Shown here: piece by piece, positions 26,586 to 40,999 of the stretch
Layout: each line of letters begins with the position of its first letter
Position numbering within the stretch: position 1 is the first letter of the stretch
Assembly: GCF_006345805.1 (NCBI RefSeq)
Contig: NC_042998.1
Location: forward strand, 192,076,001-192,140,000
From: Octopus sinensis
Taxonomy: Eukaryota
Length of the DNA: 64,000 nt
Direction: 5' to 3'
Notes under the pieces: model-generated
Told to the model about the DNA's origin: nothing
Database searches by the model: none
The model's input: the letters and a program-made list of their open reading frames with translations, nothing else
Translations under genes and position numbers: made by a program

Positions 26586-27341
26586 AAACATATGTGAGTG
26601 TATGTGTGCTTGTGCGCATTTGTATGTCTACGTGCCTATATTTTGCTATGTGTGTATTTAGCAAAAGGTGTGTACTCAGATTTCCTGTCGGATTTTCTGA
26701 CTCTCAGGAATCGTTTACAAATACATCTTGCTTGATGTAGTCTTGTATCCGTTGTACACATTTGTATTTTCAGTGCTATTCGAATATCATAAACAGTACA
26801 TTTTCGTTTGTTTCTGGCTGTTGTATTATGAGTTTATGAAGTAGCTGTAAAAAAAACCATCAGTTAAGTATGGAACTTTATGCGGTCGATAATCATGCAA
26901 GAAATAGCAGGTAAATCAGCCTTAAATTGAAATATACCCCCAAAGAAGCAGTAAAAATCCACAAGACCATGTAGCCCAATCGGTACAAAAGATATAAAAC
27001 AAGAAGCTTAATCATCGCAGTAGAAACGCCTTTGAATCGTAATTTACTCCACCTGGACTTACCTGGTGTTAAATAACATCATCAGCTCCAACAACAGTAA
27101 TGATGTTTTCTAAATTCTCGGATAGTGCCAGGTAGTAAACGTATGATAGATAGGGGGGGATAATTTGGCACGGTACCGCTTCAATGACAGATATTCTCAG
27201 AGGTTGCCAATTTTCCTGGTGATTCACATACAATATCTGAAGGCTAGACTCTCTTCAGAAGAAGATGAGTAAATAGAATTATGTTTATAGGTGTGTGCAT
27301 GCCTATATCTAAGTGTGTGCATATATATGCATATATATATA

Positions 27342-27397
<56 letters not shown>

Positions 27398-27434
27398 TAT
27401 ATATATATACACACATACGCACACATATATATAT

Positions 27435-27538
<104 letters not shown>

Positions 27539-27580
27539 CATTAAATTAAATACAATACTAACAGGTATTTGTTAATAGCA

Positions 27581-27790
27581 TTAACCCTTTCATTACCAAC
27601 CCGGCTGAAACCGGCTCTGGCTCTGAGTACAAATGTCTTGTTTTCATAGAGTTTTGAATTAAAATCTTTCAACAAACAATAGTCACAATTTATGTTCCTA
27701 ACACTAGCTGAATGATAACTAAGTTATTTTACTAAATTTGTTATATTTAAAGTAATTGAAAGAAACACAGAGCATCTCAAAATAAATATA
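27581..27790 (+). mobile_element. piggyBac-like MITE remnant (one end)
   Basis: Begins TTAA-CCCTTT; the opposite terminus is not found. Confidence 0.4.
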
Positions 27791-27829
27791 GTAACAGCTA
27801 AATAGAAGTGGCAGAGAGACAAGCAAAAA

Positions 27830-28115
<286 letters not shown>

Positions 28116-28808
28116 AAGAAACATCAATCGTAGGTGGGAGGAATTCGGCAACTCAAGAGGAGTCCGGCCTTTGTTTAACCACAAATTTATAGATTGAAAA
28201 GCAAGGGAAAAACCGAAGTTACCAGGAAAACATGGGCCACAAATTATATCGGAAGCATCAATTTTATATACATAACGCAAACATATGTTTAACACAAGGC
28301 GAAACGCTTTCAAAGAATCGCTTAAATCAACTCCTGTGTTTAAGTGCTACATAATTCCTCAATTACAAATGAATGAAAGGCAGAGCCAATCACTGGTATC
28401 TACACTTGGATCATCTGTATGTATATAGATAAATACATACATGTTTATGTGTGTGTTTGTGTGTATGTGTCTATACAACATAGCAGCGCCACAATAATTT
28501 TAGTTAATTCATTTTAAATTCTGTTTTCTAGCGTTTTACAAAGTCTTCTACCCACAATGTAAACACCTGAATAATGTTATTATTAAAACACGCATGCAAG
28601 ACTTTATAGCTTCACAGCAGATAAGAAGGAAATTGGCTATTTCTCACTTTTGAAGTTATATTATATTAATTATAAAAAAAATTACAATCAGCGATTTTTT
28701 TCTTGCAGTCTTTAAATTTTAGACTTTAACAATACTTCAGAAGTATTGCATGATATGTGACCCGCCAACGCATTCGGGTCGAGAAAGAGGAAGCACATTT
28801 CAAAATAA

Positions 28809-29176
28809 TCTTTCTCTATATAACGGCAGTTTGTCTGTGCGTGTTCTGTGTGTCTTTGCTGTACCTCACCTGACCACGGCTTTCAACCGATTCTGATGAA
28901 ACTTGACACACATAGCCCAATGTCATAATTCAAAACTAACGCAGCGAAAATTTTGAAAAGTTCCCCCAGTTCTGAAAAAAATCGATTAAATTCGAATGGG
29001 GTCGAGAATCAGAAACACAAACCGCAAAAGTCTAGGGAACGCAACTCCACCTTTTTTAACTAAAAAAAAATTTACCATCATTTTTTTTCCATTTCTTTGC
29101 TGTTTTTTGGCTATAACTCTAAAAAATGCTTTATAGTTATTTCCTTACAAACCTGAAACGCCGGGCGATACTGTAG
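28809..29176 (+). mobile_element. Non-autonomous Helitron
   Basis: 5' TC after A; the 3' ~115 bp match 10567-10962, ending AACGCCGGGCGATACTGTAG|T. Confidence 0.8.
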
Positions 29177-29357
29177 TATATATAAAACAACCAACTTAAG
29201 AAAAAAGACGTATAGTTGACAACGAGAAGGTCACTGGTTGTAGGTCCACTAGAAGTAATCAAAAGTTAAGTACCTCATATGATGGTTTGGATTAACTCCT
29301 CAAAGGTTTTTTAGAGGAGAATTATGATTTCTGAGAGGTCATACACAAATTTCGTTA

Positions 29358-29808
29358 GGCGCAGGAGTGACTGCGTGGTAAGTAGCTTGCTTACCAATCA
29401 CATGGTTCCGGGTTCAGTCCCACTGCGTGGCACTGTGGGCAAGTGTTTTCTACTATAGCCTCGGGTTGACCAAAGCCTTGTGAGTGAATTTGGTAGACAG
29501 AAGAACTCTAAGAAGACCGTCGTATATATATATGTATATATATATATATTATATATATATATATATATAATATATATATGTGTGTGTGTGTGTGTTTGTG
29601 GGTGTGTCTGTTTTTGTCCCCCAACATCGCTTGACAACAGATGCTGGTGTGTTTATGTCCCTGTCACCTAACGGTTCGGCAAAAAAGACCGATAGAATAA
29701 GTACTAGGCTTACAAAGAATAAGTCGTGTGGTCGATTTCCCCGACTAAAGTTGGTGCTCCAGCATGGCCACAATCAAATGTCTGAAACAAGTAAAAGAGT
29801 AAAAGAGA
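29358..29808 (+). mobile_element. SINE family A
   Basis: Full head to tail. Confidence 0.9.
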
Positions 29809-29904
29809 TACGTCGTTTTTGTTTTGTCTTGTTTTGTTTTTAATTTGTACAGTTGAAAACCTTCCTTTGAGCGAGTAAAGAATATTTTTTCTTGACTTTT
29901 ATTT

Positions 29905-30068
29905 TTTAAGGCTGTGAGCTGGCCGAATCGTTGGCACGGGGGCCGAAATGCTTTGCCTTTCACTATTATAGGGTAAATAAATTAAAATACCAGTTGAGCG
30001 CAGGAGTCGGTGTAATCTACTTATCCCTTCCTCGAAATGCTGGCCTTGTGCCAAAACTTGAAACCAAT
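29905..30068 (+). mobile_element. Diverged SINE-B-related element with alternative tail
   Basis: AAGGCTGTGAGCTGGCCGAATCGTTGGCAC head; tail GCTGGCCTTGTGCCAAAACTTGAAACC. Confidence 0.7.
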
Positions 30069-30227
30069 AAGTATTGCTAACTTGACAAAATTTGCCAATA
30101 TCTAAATCCTTTTGAAAATTCATAACATTATCATAACATTTGTTTTAACCATCATAAAAATTCATAGTTGTAAAGTCGTGTTATAAGAATCAATTCCGAA
30201 ATATAATGAAAATGTAACAATATGCGT

Positions 30228-30542
30228 GGAGGCGCAATGGCCCAGTGATTAGGGCAGCGGACTCGCGGTCGTAGGATCGCGGTTTCGATTCCCAGACCGG
30301 GTGTTGTGAGTGTTTATTGAGCGAAAACACCTATAGCTCCACGAGGCTCCGGCAGGAGTGGGGTGGCCATCCCTGCTGTACTCTTTCGCCGCAACTTTCT
30401 CTCACTCTTTCTTCTGTTGGCTTGCTCGCTTAGCCAGCGGGGTGGCGTCATTTGAAGGCTAAAACAATGCGAAGCGCATTGTGACCAGCGATGTGTAACA
30501 ACATCTGATAGCCTGGTCGGTCACGTGGTGGTGGTCATGTGA
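30228..30542 (+). mobile_element. SINE family C, alternative-tail subfamily
   Basis: Same head and first ~180 bp as 12206, different 3' half (GCCAGCGGGGTGGCGTC...GGTCACGTG). Confidence 0.85.
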
Positions 30543-30635
30543 TAACGAAATGCATAAGAAAAAGCGCGTACAAATAAATATTCTGAATTTGCGAGACAGG
30601 AACAGTGTATTAGAGAGAAAGTCGGAGATATGTTT

Positions 30636-30885
30636 CTTTATTAGCCACACAGGGCTGCACACAGACGGGACAAATTACAAGGTAGAGCTTTTCTTTTGGG
30701 GGATAAAAAAAGGGAAAGGGGGAAAAAGGAAAGCAAAAAAAAAAACGGAAAAGAAAAAATCTATCAATAGGGATCGTTATCACAGAAATGTCAATATAAA
30801 GTGTAAAGGGGAAGACAGGTGAGATTTATCCGTGGAAAGAAAAGATTACGGAAAAGACCACGGTAACCTCGCTCAATGAAGTCAC
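30636..30885 (-). mobile_element. Probable LINE 3' UTR fragment sharing its tail with SINE B
   Basis: Sense T-rich UTR ending TTTGTCCCGTCTGTGTGCAGCCCTGTGTGGCTAATAAAGAAACA. Confidence 0.6.
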
Positions 30886-32154
30886 ATGTTATATTTTTTT
30901 TACAAATAAGCAACTCTCTGTATTAATTTTACGGTTCCTGAGAGGAGAGAAACAATGCGTGTTTATGTGTTGATTTTAACTAACAATAAAATAAATATTT
31001 AAATTTTGTTTATGTTGTTCTGATTCATCGAAATATGACTCCTCGGCAATCTTTCGAGCGTAATTTATCCTCTTGAATCAAATAAATTTTATGATAAATA
31101 AACTAAATATTGCTGTTAAATTTAAGTAGCCAAGTCAATATAACTCTATGGTAACATGAACGTCAATAATAATGTTTAATCACAGTAAAAATTTTATGAG
31201 GTAGATATTTGAGAGTAAAATCTAGAAATGAACTCTGCCAATAAAAATTATGTTTAATAGCGTAGTCTTTTGAGTGAAAATTTTTGCCGTCAAGAGAGAA
31301 ACGAAATTGAAAAGCACTCAATATATATAAAAATAAAATATTTAATATGTTACAAATTATTCAGTGAACTGGCTAACATCGCAGTAAACACATATACAGT
31401 AACTTAAGATTTTAATACTTGTCTCAAGTTTTCTGTTTCCAAGGCTACTATGCACTCACTTACTGTTATCAGTGGACCCTGATTTGTGGTTTTGTTGAGG
31501 GATTAAACCATTAGTCTCTCTATCCCTTTTTTATTCATCATTCCATACATGTATCAGTTTTTCTTTCCTATTTATCCATCTTCACATCTCTCTATCTATC
31601 TACACTGTCATTCATTCGTTTATTTATCTATTTACGCCTGCCCGCTCGCCTGAGACTATTGGATAGATTATGCTCATTAAATTTCTGTTAAAATCTGATC
31701 AACTAAATTATACTCTAATGTTCTTTTTTTTTTAATAACCTTATAGCCTGGAGCAAGACAAGCATCTTGATACTCATGAGTTCAACGTGGTTTATATGCT
31801 TCGAATGTTTTGAGGACTGAAAGACACGCGAACTGGAATAGAATTCCAGGCTTTTGCCATTCTGAAGAGAGAATACTGAGAACATTTATCAGTGCAGCTT
31901 GTGTGGGCGTGGCACAATTGGTATGAAAGTGAAATGAGAGATAAAAATCATTGATTAAGCTTTAGTGGAAACAATTCGCTGCTCGCTAGTGAGACTGTAG
32001 TAGATGATAGAGGAAATAGATTTCCTCTCTTAGATGCAATTTTGATATTGTTGTGCAGGTGAGGTTTCATTTCAAAATCATTAGAGATAGTGAGTCATAG
32101 CATTATTTTGAAGATCGTATTCGAGTTTGTTTGGTTTTTTATACTCTCTTACTC

Positions 32155-32570
32155 ATTCACTCTTTCTTTTTACTCTTTTTACTTGTTTCAGTCATTTGAC
32201 TGCGGCCATGCTGGAGCACCGCCTTTAGTCGAGCAAATCGACCCCGGGACTTATTCTTTGTAAGCCCAGTACTTATTCTATCGGTCTCTTTTGCCGAACC
32301 GCTAAGTGACGGGGACGTAAACACACCAGCATCGGTTGTCAAGCAATGCTAGGGAAACAAACACAGACACACAAACACACACACTTATATATATATATAC
32401 ATATATACGACAGGCTTCTTTCAGTTTCCGTCTACCAAATCCACTCACAAGGCATTGGTCGGCCCGGGGCTATAGCAGAAGACACTTGCCCAAGATGCCA
32501 CGCAGTGGGACTGAACCCGGAACCATGTGGTTGGTTAGCAAGCTACTTACCAAACAGCCACTCCTGCGCC
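32155..32570 (-). mobile_element. SINE family A
   Basis: Reverse-complement full copy. Confidence 0.92.
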
Positions 32571-32768
32571 TATGTGTATGGAACAGGTAGTACAAAATTG
32601 TAGTGATATGTAGTGTTATTTTGTCTTGCTATTTGAGAAACCTCGATTCATAACTTCCAGATTGAGTTGTTTTTTATTTCTTTATTTGGTGTAAGACTGA
32701 AATGATATATCTATGTCACGGAAGTTTGGAGGACCGCGGACGGTAATATAATACGCAAAGGAATGTGT

Positions 32769-33072
32769 GGGGGCACATGGCCTACTGGTTAGAGCAGCGG
32801 ACTCGCAGTCGAGGGATTGCGGATTCGAATCTCAGACCGGGCGATGTGTGTGTTTATGAGCGAAACACCTAAGCTCCACGCAGCTCCGGCAGAAGGTAAT
32901 GGCGAACTTCTGCTGACTCTCTCGCCACAACTTTCTCTCACTTTTTCCTCCTGCATCTTGCAGCTCACCTGCGACGGACTGAAGTCCCGTCCAGGGGATG
33001 AACCTATACGCCAAGAAACCGGGAAACCGGCCCTTATAAGCCAGGCATGGCTCGAGAAGGAACAAACAACAA
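32769..33072 (+). mobile_element. SINE family C
   Basis: tRNA-like head, CCTGCGACGGACTGAAGTCCCGTCCAG segment, tail GGCATGGCTCGAGAAGGAACAAACAAC. Confidence 0.88.
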
Positions 33073-33249
33073 ACAGAGGAATGTGTCTTGTTACAGGTTA
33101 CAAAGTATAGAATATTATTTACTAAATGAAGAATAGCAGGCATAACCGAAATCTCATGGATACTATCGGAGATAGAACATGTTTCGTGGAAAACCCCATA
33201 AACACACACTTCTATGGTGTGTTTACAAGACGGTTGAAAGATTGCTGAA

Positions 33250-33345
33250 GCATTATAAACAATTTCACAGTGGCTAAGAATTTATCATACCAGTCATAGT
33301 TGAAGGCTTTACTCAGGTCATAAAGAACAGCATTACTTTCATTAC
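33250..33345 (-). pseudogene. Ancient LINE reverse transcriptase fragment (CR1/Jockey-like)
   Basis: ESNAVLYDLSKAFNYDWYDKFLATV resembles AVFLDLSKAFDxVWHxxLL. Confidence 0.55.
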
Positions 33346-33709
33346 TCAGAGTGAAACTAGGAATCATTTATTGAAGCAGATTGCAGCTATAATGAAATCA
33401 AACCCAGCCCATTAATCAGTTATTTAGTTCAACGAGTCCTTCCTAACTACATACATGATAATGCACCTATTTCTATTGTCCCTACGCATATATGTACTGT
33501 ATTTTTTGTTGGGTAACTCTATATTTTTTTATGTATTTTCCACAGTAACATAAACAAAGGTGTGTTTATTAACATCAGATATACACGAGTCTAATTGATC
33601 GACTCTATTATTAGAGTTTTTGCTTTCTTAATTTTTGTTTTCTTAATGTTCGATAACACTATTGAAAAATGAAGTATAAAATTAACAGTAGAAACTTTCC
33701 AACGTTTCA

Positions 33710-33800
<91 letters not shown>

Positions 33801-34185
33801 ATCGGCGTGTAGATATTATTGATCGTATGTTTTCTTAACGTTCCCTTTATTTACATAAAATAACCATATTTATTTAACTTCATTATGAAAAGAATTTTTA
33901 ATACTTTGTCTAATTTTCGTCAGCAATTAACTGCATTGACTTGGCAATGACTAAACGTTTAAACAACCCAGTATGGAAAGATCAATGCAATTTCGTATTC
34001 ATGGGACTAATTAAATATCACAATCGAATCACGCAATCACGTTGCGTGGGATGCCTTTTTGCAAACCTACATCGCTTTTATAGTTGTTTAAATAGCAGTG
34101 GGACATAAATTGCTGCACACCGATAGCTTTCTACAATGAACTTTATCATATTCTTTATTGTTTATACATTTACACATACATTCAT

Positions 34186-34261
<76 letters not shown>

Positions 34262-37200
34262 CACTGAGTAGGTTTCTTATGTGCATATGTTATGCGTGTC
34301 AATGTGTATATGCGTGCGTATTTATATACAGATGTAATCAGATAGATATACTAACAAACTTAGACGTCAGCTATGTTGACAACAAATTAATCTCAAAACA
34401 GCAATATAGGCAATTACGTAGGCTGTTGATACGACACATGGTGGTTATATCATATTATTTATTATTGCATTTTATTTCATTTCATTTATCTGTTTATTTT
34501 GTGTTCCTTCTCTGGTTTAGCTTTTATTCATTGTTAAACGAGAACTGATTTCAAGTCGGAAAGTCTCTGACGAGAAGCTGTCAATTTTACAAAAAAATCT
34601 AAACAGCCCGTTGTTATGTAGTTCATTCCTTTTACTTGTAGCTAATAAGTATCACAATAAGGTTTACTCTAACCTACGTTGTCACTGGTTAAGGTACTGG
34701 AATGAAAGTGAAACTAGAATATTGTTAGTACCGAGTAATGTGCTTTATCAAAAGGCAGAACTGCTACAGCGAGAAAATATACTCTAAAAGTATTGTGTCT
34801 GTTCGCTAATGTAATGTATTCTATTCACGATAAGGATATTGCCAAATGCAACTGCACTCTGATAAAGAATATAGTATCGTGTGATTCGTTTATGTATTCT
34901 TACCAATGTTAATAGTATTGTTCTCGTTGGTTAATGTACTTTAGCAGAGGAAATAGTACTCATGTCACTAATTAAAGTATTCTTAGGAAGATAACTCAGG
35001 CTGATAGTTTAATATTGTACGTTTACTGTAATAAACTGTAATGTTGGTATATATCATAATAATTTATTTCGTAGATGCACAGACAATTGAGAGACTTCAG
35101 TGCACCGATAGTGTTCATTTTATAAATGCTTGTGAAAAGAAAAACTAAATAAATACCTGAGATGTGATTAAAAATCTTAGAGATGAAAACCAACATAGTT
35201 ATGTTATGTTATAAGGAATCTTGTCTAGTAATCACTTTGTCTCCAGCTTCCTTTCTGTCTGTCGTGCAGCCTCTTTCCTTCTCCCCCAATCTCTCTCTTT
35301 CTTGCTCTCTCTCTCTCTCTCTCTATCTATCTATTTATCTATCAAATTCTCTCTGTGTGACTAGTGCTTTAATAATATGAAGAATTTTCACCAAAATAAG
35401 TATCTGTGGAGAAATCTATACCTTTGAAAGACATTACAACATACGTTTATCTGTGTACGGTTAGGAAGTCAGGCAGTGAAAAAATGGCAGTTAACACACA
35501 GTAACAAGTAGTAAAAGGTAGTCATGTAAACTGCATAAAACCACATAACCCAATATTTCAATAATTTTAGAACAAAGAAATGTTTTATATCAAGTTGGTT
35601 CCCATCAACTTTCCAAACATTTTTATGATGTGTGGGAAGCAGAGACACAAACTTCATGAAAAGTAAGTAGTGAATGAAGCGAGGGAAAAACACTTTGGTT
35701 AATCGAAGTTACACTAACATTGTGGAGAAAATAGTCACTATCTTTGAGGCAAACGAAATATTTAGGTCAATGTTCCGCAGTGGAGATGATCTTTACTGTT
35801 TGGTACAGTGGCAACACTAGGTGTGTTTCAGTTATATATGACCATTGTTAGTGTAGCATGACTAGGTGGGCGATCAAAATATTCGAACTATAGTAAACGT
35901 TTGATTGAGTACCGTAATGTACAACTTAATCAAGTGCATGTATGGTACATTATGGAACAAAGCGGAAGATATGTATCTTTTGATACAAGATGGGTAAGAG
36001 AGACTTTATCCTCTATATAATCGCTCTCAGCATATTACAGAACATCACAAAGAAGTCAGATACGAGTTTTGTTGCAGTGGTTTAGCCCCAGGTTAGGCCT
36101 GATCGAGTATAATCAAATGCGTTCAGTCATTGAACCCACGCTTCTGTGTTAGACCAAATCAACCAAATGTGTCATTCATTTTTAAATCATATGATCTGAC
36201 TTCAGGGCTGTTTGTCTTACATTTCTATAAAATCGTGAGTCTATGAAATGGATCTCTCGTTTGCTTAACAATCAGGTATTTATGATAATATCTTTCACCA
36301 AGCGTAAACCATTCATGATATACGAATTCGTGTCGTCTTTTGTGAAAGGAAAACATTGAAGCTAATCATAGCAGTCTCAGCTGAATCACTCGGTGGATAC
36401 GATCATTAGTCAAGAGACTCTCTATAAAAAATAGTAAAAGGGAAAGACAAAAATTGAAAATAAAAATTATTATTATTATTACTATAGTTATCATCATTTT
36501 GATAACACTTCTATTCCTTCTTAATACGTTCCGGTAGATTTGAACGTGAATGGTTTGATCGTTGCTGTTTTTCGTCAACAAGGAACACCAACCACTTCTT
36601 TGTACAGTTCACCGGTGTAAAGGAATTTCAAGATACTGCGTTGTTTCGAACTCGTTGCGTTTCTGCTTGACAGTCATTAGCACATATCAGCAAGTTATTT
36701 ATTTGCCGATTCCTATAAGCAAGAGTTCGTGCTCTTGTTACATCATTGGTTCGGTGGTGTAGACATCGAGGTCGAAACTCTGCGAAGTCTCTAAGTTCCC
36801 TCACACAGGTGAATCTCGAAGCCCACTCAGAGATCTCGAAGGCCCTAAAACATGCTCAAGTTGTTGCCCTTCCTCCTTTGTACCATTAAAAATAACTGGA
36901 AGACGGTAAACGTTGCTGTAAAGCTAATAACGCATACTTTTCAGAAAACAAAAACAAAACGATGTCATTAAATAAAGAAATTGAAACTAATTAGGTTCAT
37001 TAACTAAAAACAATTACATATTGACAGGATGTTACTACAAACTTGGCAACGGCATAGATTGATGATTTTATAACGTTGTCTTTAGTCTATGATATTGTAT
37101 ATGTAAATATTTATATATTTTAAAGAGATTGCAGTAAAAATCAGGTCGGTCGATCATTCTTCCATATCATCTAGTAGAATGCTAGACCAGTAAACGTCAT

Positions 37201-38630
37201 ACAGAGCGGTTGTGTAATAATTTCAATCAAATTCTTCAGTCATAAATTTATATTATTGACTTGAGGAAGACGAATACTACAGTCAGCAATAGCCAACTTC
37301 AAAGTTGAAATTTTGAGTAAACTCTTATAAAGTATCCTTTGGATTTATTAATTTGATTTTCTACTTACAATCTACCATATCAAGTTTTCTCAATTTTCAA
37401 ATAAAATTATCCTATCAGAGATAGGATAATTCATCAGAGACGAAGTCTACATGATCAATGTTTTGATGAGTTTAATGTCGGAATATATAAATAACCCAAA
37501 TTATTTTATCTTATTTCACACGTATGATGTCTGTGCAAAATTATCTTATCAATATCCGGGAATCTGACACCGATAATTATTCAGATTGGCATGAAAGGTG
37601 TATTATGAGAAGTCTTAGTTATGCTACGTCCACCTGTGTACGATTAATAAGTCTGATAGCGAGAAAATGACGGCTGATAAATGTTAAAAATTGAAAGGTA
37701 CTCGGATTTTAATGTATACGGTAGTCATAAGTGTACTGTTTCATCAATATTTTTGTTAAGCAAAGATATTTAATGTTTTACTGATTATATCAGAGCAGTT
37801 AATCACCAGGTGAACAGTAGATTGGATATCATCATTCCCATTTCTAATAGTGGCAGTCGCATCTTTGAAATAATATGAATACAATAATTTAAAGGGCTAA
37901 TTTGGAAGCATTATTTTATTTTCCAGCCATTCATGTAGAAAAAATTTCATCAAGTATAATAAACATAAAATAACTAATAGTCTCAAATAATATATATATA
38001 TACACTAATAATTTCAAAGGGGTTATTTTGCTTGCGTTGTTTCACTGAGAAAATTCTAATAACGTGTGATAAATTATATATCATCGCTACTGAAATTTCA
38101 TATCTACTGAACAACCTGCTTACCAGTGGCAGTGAACTTATTGATGTTAGGTTATATTTTTGCATTATTTTTGATTACTGAATTATTTTGATTACTGAAT
38201 TATTTTGATTACTGAATTATTTTGATTACTGAATTATTTCAAATCACTATTCATTTCTATATTGCCGCAAAATATGTCATCAGACTTAAAAGATTTAACA
38301 TTTGTGAATATGATATCTGTATTGTTTTTTGCCGAAAAAACATTTTTTTCGTTTCAATTATAATCCGGTAATGCGTAAATGAGAAAAAAAATTTCTTGGA
38401 CAAAATGTAATCTTAAAACATAAAAAGCAAAGTATAAAATGATACTAGCAAATAGAAAAAGAAAAATATTTACAAACTTCTGGTTGGATGAAAAGATATA
38501 ATTTAAACGAGATATACAATAATATAAAATAAAGAAAATATTTTGAATGAATCATAAAAAGAAACAGCTATAAATGGAGGAAAAAACAATGAAGCAAAGT
38601 AATTGTCTGTGAATGTGCTTATTGTTTTAC

Positions 38631-38782
38631 CTGAACATTTAATCTCTGTGGACACCAGGTATTACAGAGGACTAAATTGTCTGACTCGGGATTTCCAACA
38701 AAGTCGATATAATCTGTCTTCGGTAGATTATTATAGTCTGCGACAGGAATCACATGAAATAGGGTATTAGACTTCACAATGT
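38631..38782 (-). CDS. Candidate internal exon of an unidentified host gene
   Basis: cctatacag|...GTTCAG|gtaaaa; 152 nt open frame DIVKSNTLFHVIPVADYNNLPKTDYIDFVGNPESDNLVLCNTWCPQRLNVQ; GC-richer than its flanks. Confidence 0.3.
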
Positions 38783-40399
38783 CTGTATAGGTTGGCTTTA
38801 ATATATTACATAATGTTCTACGTAAATGAGATATCGGAAAGGGAAAAAATATGATAGATTCAGTATCTTTTAACAAAAATGTGATATATCCCATTTTGGA
38901 TTTCAACACAATACAGCAATATATTTCTATCAGAACCATTCTATTTTTCCATGCATGTATTGAGCTCTGGAAAGTAAGACTGGTTTTTGTATATTAAAAT
39001 CAAGAAACTTATATATCTTATTTAAGTTCATACAGGCAACAGAATGAAGATGCTGAGACATTTTTTATTGCTTCAAAACATTTGTAGAACTAAGTTAATT
39101 TATGATACAGCTACCTGCTTCTGTGAATTGTAGGTTTAATATACTGTGCGGTGGATAGCTCTTGATTCTCATAACTAGTTCTATTGGAGCCAGACATACG
39201 GTTTTGATTACAGAAACGACTTGATGCAGCTAATGACAACTCAATGTTTTTACATTTTGTAGTCTGCCTAAAGTCTTCAGATAACAACGTGTAATCAAAT
39301 ATATGTAAACATTTAAAATTTAAAAATTTAAGCGTCTGAAGTTTCTCATGAAGCAAGATGCGATAAATATATCATTTAGAGATCGATTTTTTTCCCATAA
39401 GAATATCTATAATAAAACTTTAAAGCAATGGAATTACGTGATTAAAGTTGCATTGTGAAATATTAAATGATATATTACGAAGGATGGCATATATTTAAGA
39501 GACGAGACCTACTTATGAAATATTCATTTGAATTTAGATAAATTTTCAGCTTGCATATCCAGCAAGATTTCTCAGTATTATATCTTAGCTACTAATATAT
39601 TGATTTCCTACATAAACATACTGATTTGTTACATAAGAGTAAGGGTATACATTTGCGAGGTGCGACAGCGATAACATCGGCCTTATATTTGATTGTTATT
39701 ATATTTTATCAAACCGGAAAGATGAAAATAAAGTAGATCTCCGTTGGATTTAAACTCAGAACGTAAAGGGTGGTAAAGTAATACTGCAAGTTATTTGGCT
39801 GACACTTTTATATTTCTTTAAATATTCAACAACGTACAATTTCCAAAAGGTAAAGAAAAAGAAAAATTCTGCTACATTTTCATGTGAGCTAACTTTATAA
39901 ACTTTGAAGAATGAATGCGCCAAAGATTATAAAATTAAACTTTTTTATCAGTAAAATTTTTCTCTCTAATTTATTTTAGTCATTATCATGTATATTCACG
40001 TTTACTAACGAAAGTCATAAAAACTTTAAAACCTCTTAATAATTTTCTCTGTTGCACTTAACATAACATTGTACATTATTTATCGATCGGTGCGATATTA
40101 CTGAACGAGTCAGCAGCAAAATATAATCATAGTAATAATAAAAATAGTAGCAATAATTATTTTCTAATTTTGGCACAAGGGAGGGGGCACGTCGATTGCA
40201 TTGGCTCCAGTACTTGACTGTTCCTTTAACCTGTTGGCAACGAGAGGATCAAAGTCAAAGCTGAACTCGGGGCATCTGAACTCATAAGAAGTTTCAAATT
40301 TTAGCGAAAGCGGAAGTACTAAGAAGAAGAAAATCGTGGAAAGTAAAGTGAGGAAATAGTTTTCGGTTCAAGGTTTTGACGAATTTATATCCTAAACTA

Positions 40400-40760
40400 C
40401 AAAAATTCCTGTAAGGCTGTGTAAAGGATCACGAGAATAATGGATACAGTTGCTAATTGATGAAGCAATTCTGAGAAACTTTCGAAGAAGTTTGACAAAC
40501 CTACCAGTGACAATAAAAGTGTATATGATATGGTTCGTCACTTGTGGATTCTAAAATGTCTAGAGAAGGTCAGGGCAGCTAAAATTAGGAGACTGGAAGA
40601 CAGTTTTCATAGAAATTAGTAGGGAAATTGGACAAGTCAACATCTAGTTGGTGCTTTTTGAAGGAGACACTGCGTCGTACCTGCTGTTTACTTTTTGCAT
40701 GTTACCGCCCTCCATGGTTTTGAGGAAGAAAGAAGCTGGTTACAAACTGCTAGAATGAAA
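40400..40760 (+). pseudogene. Degenerate R4/Dong-type reverse transcriptase fragment
   Basis: KGSR..QLLIDEAILRN, VYDMVRHLWILKCLE, FEGDTASYLLFTFCMLPPSMVLRK..GYKL match R4-clade RT motifs (QLLIDK, AYDMVPHSW, QGDSLSPLLF). Confidence 0.8.
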
Positions 40761-40999
40761 GCATGTTGTTTTTGTCATAAGCACTTCTGAGCCAGCTATC
40801 AAGGAATAAGAGACTATCTCAGAGATCGAAGAATAAATATCATTACCAACCGTGGAATAATAAAGAAAAATGTTAATTAAAAAAATAACTCACACACGTC
40901 AAGTGAAGCTAAAGATAATTATAAAAATAAACTTAATTATAAATCATACTGCGTTTATTTTATCTTCAGCTTGACATCACTTATAGTAACATTATTTAA

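Noticed and set aside
27055-27240. Strong minus-strand donor CCAG|GTAAGT at ~27061
   Set aside because: Longer upstream frames are closed by stops, and the sequence resembles a retroelement tail (CTGGTGTTAAA..CATCATC).
36366-36581. GPCR TM6-like ORF (RRNRSVIKMMITIVIIIIIF)
   Set aside because: The hydrophobic run comes from an (ATA)n repeat, the CWxP motif is missing and no other TM segments are nearby.
38173-38239. 4 x 17 bp tandem repeat as a CRISPR-like array
   Set aside because: There are no spacers; it is a simple minisatellite in a eukaryotic context.
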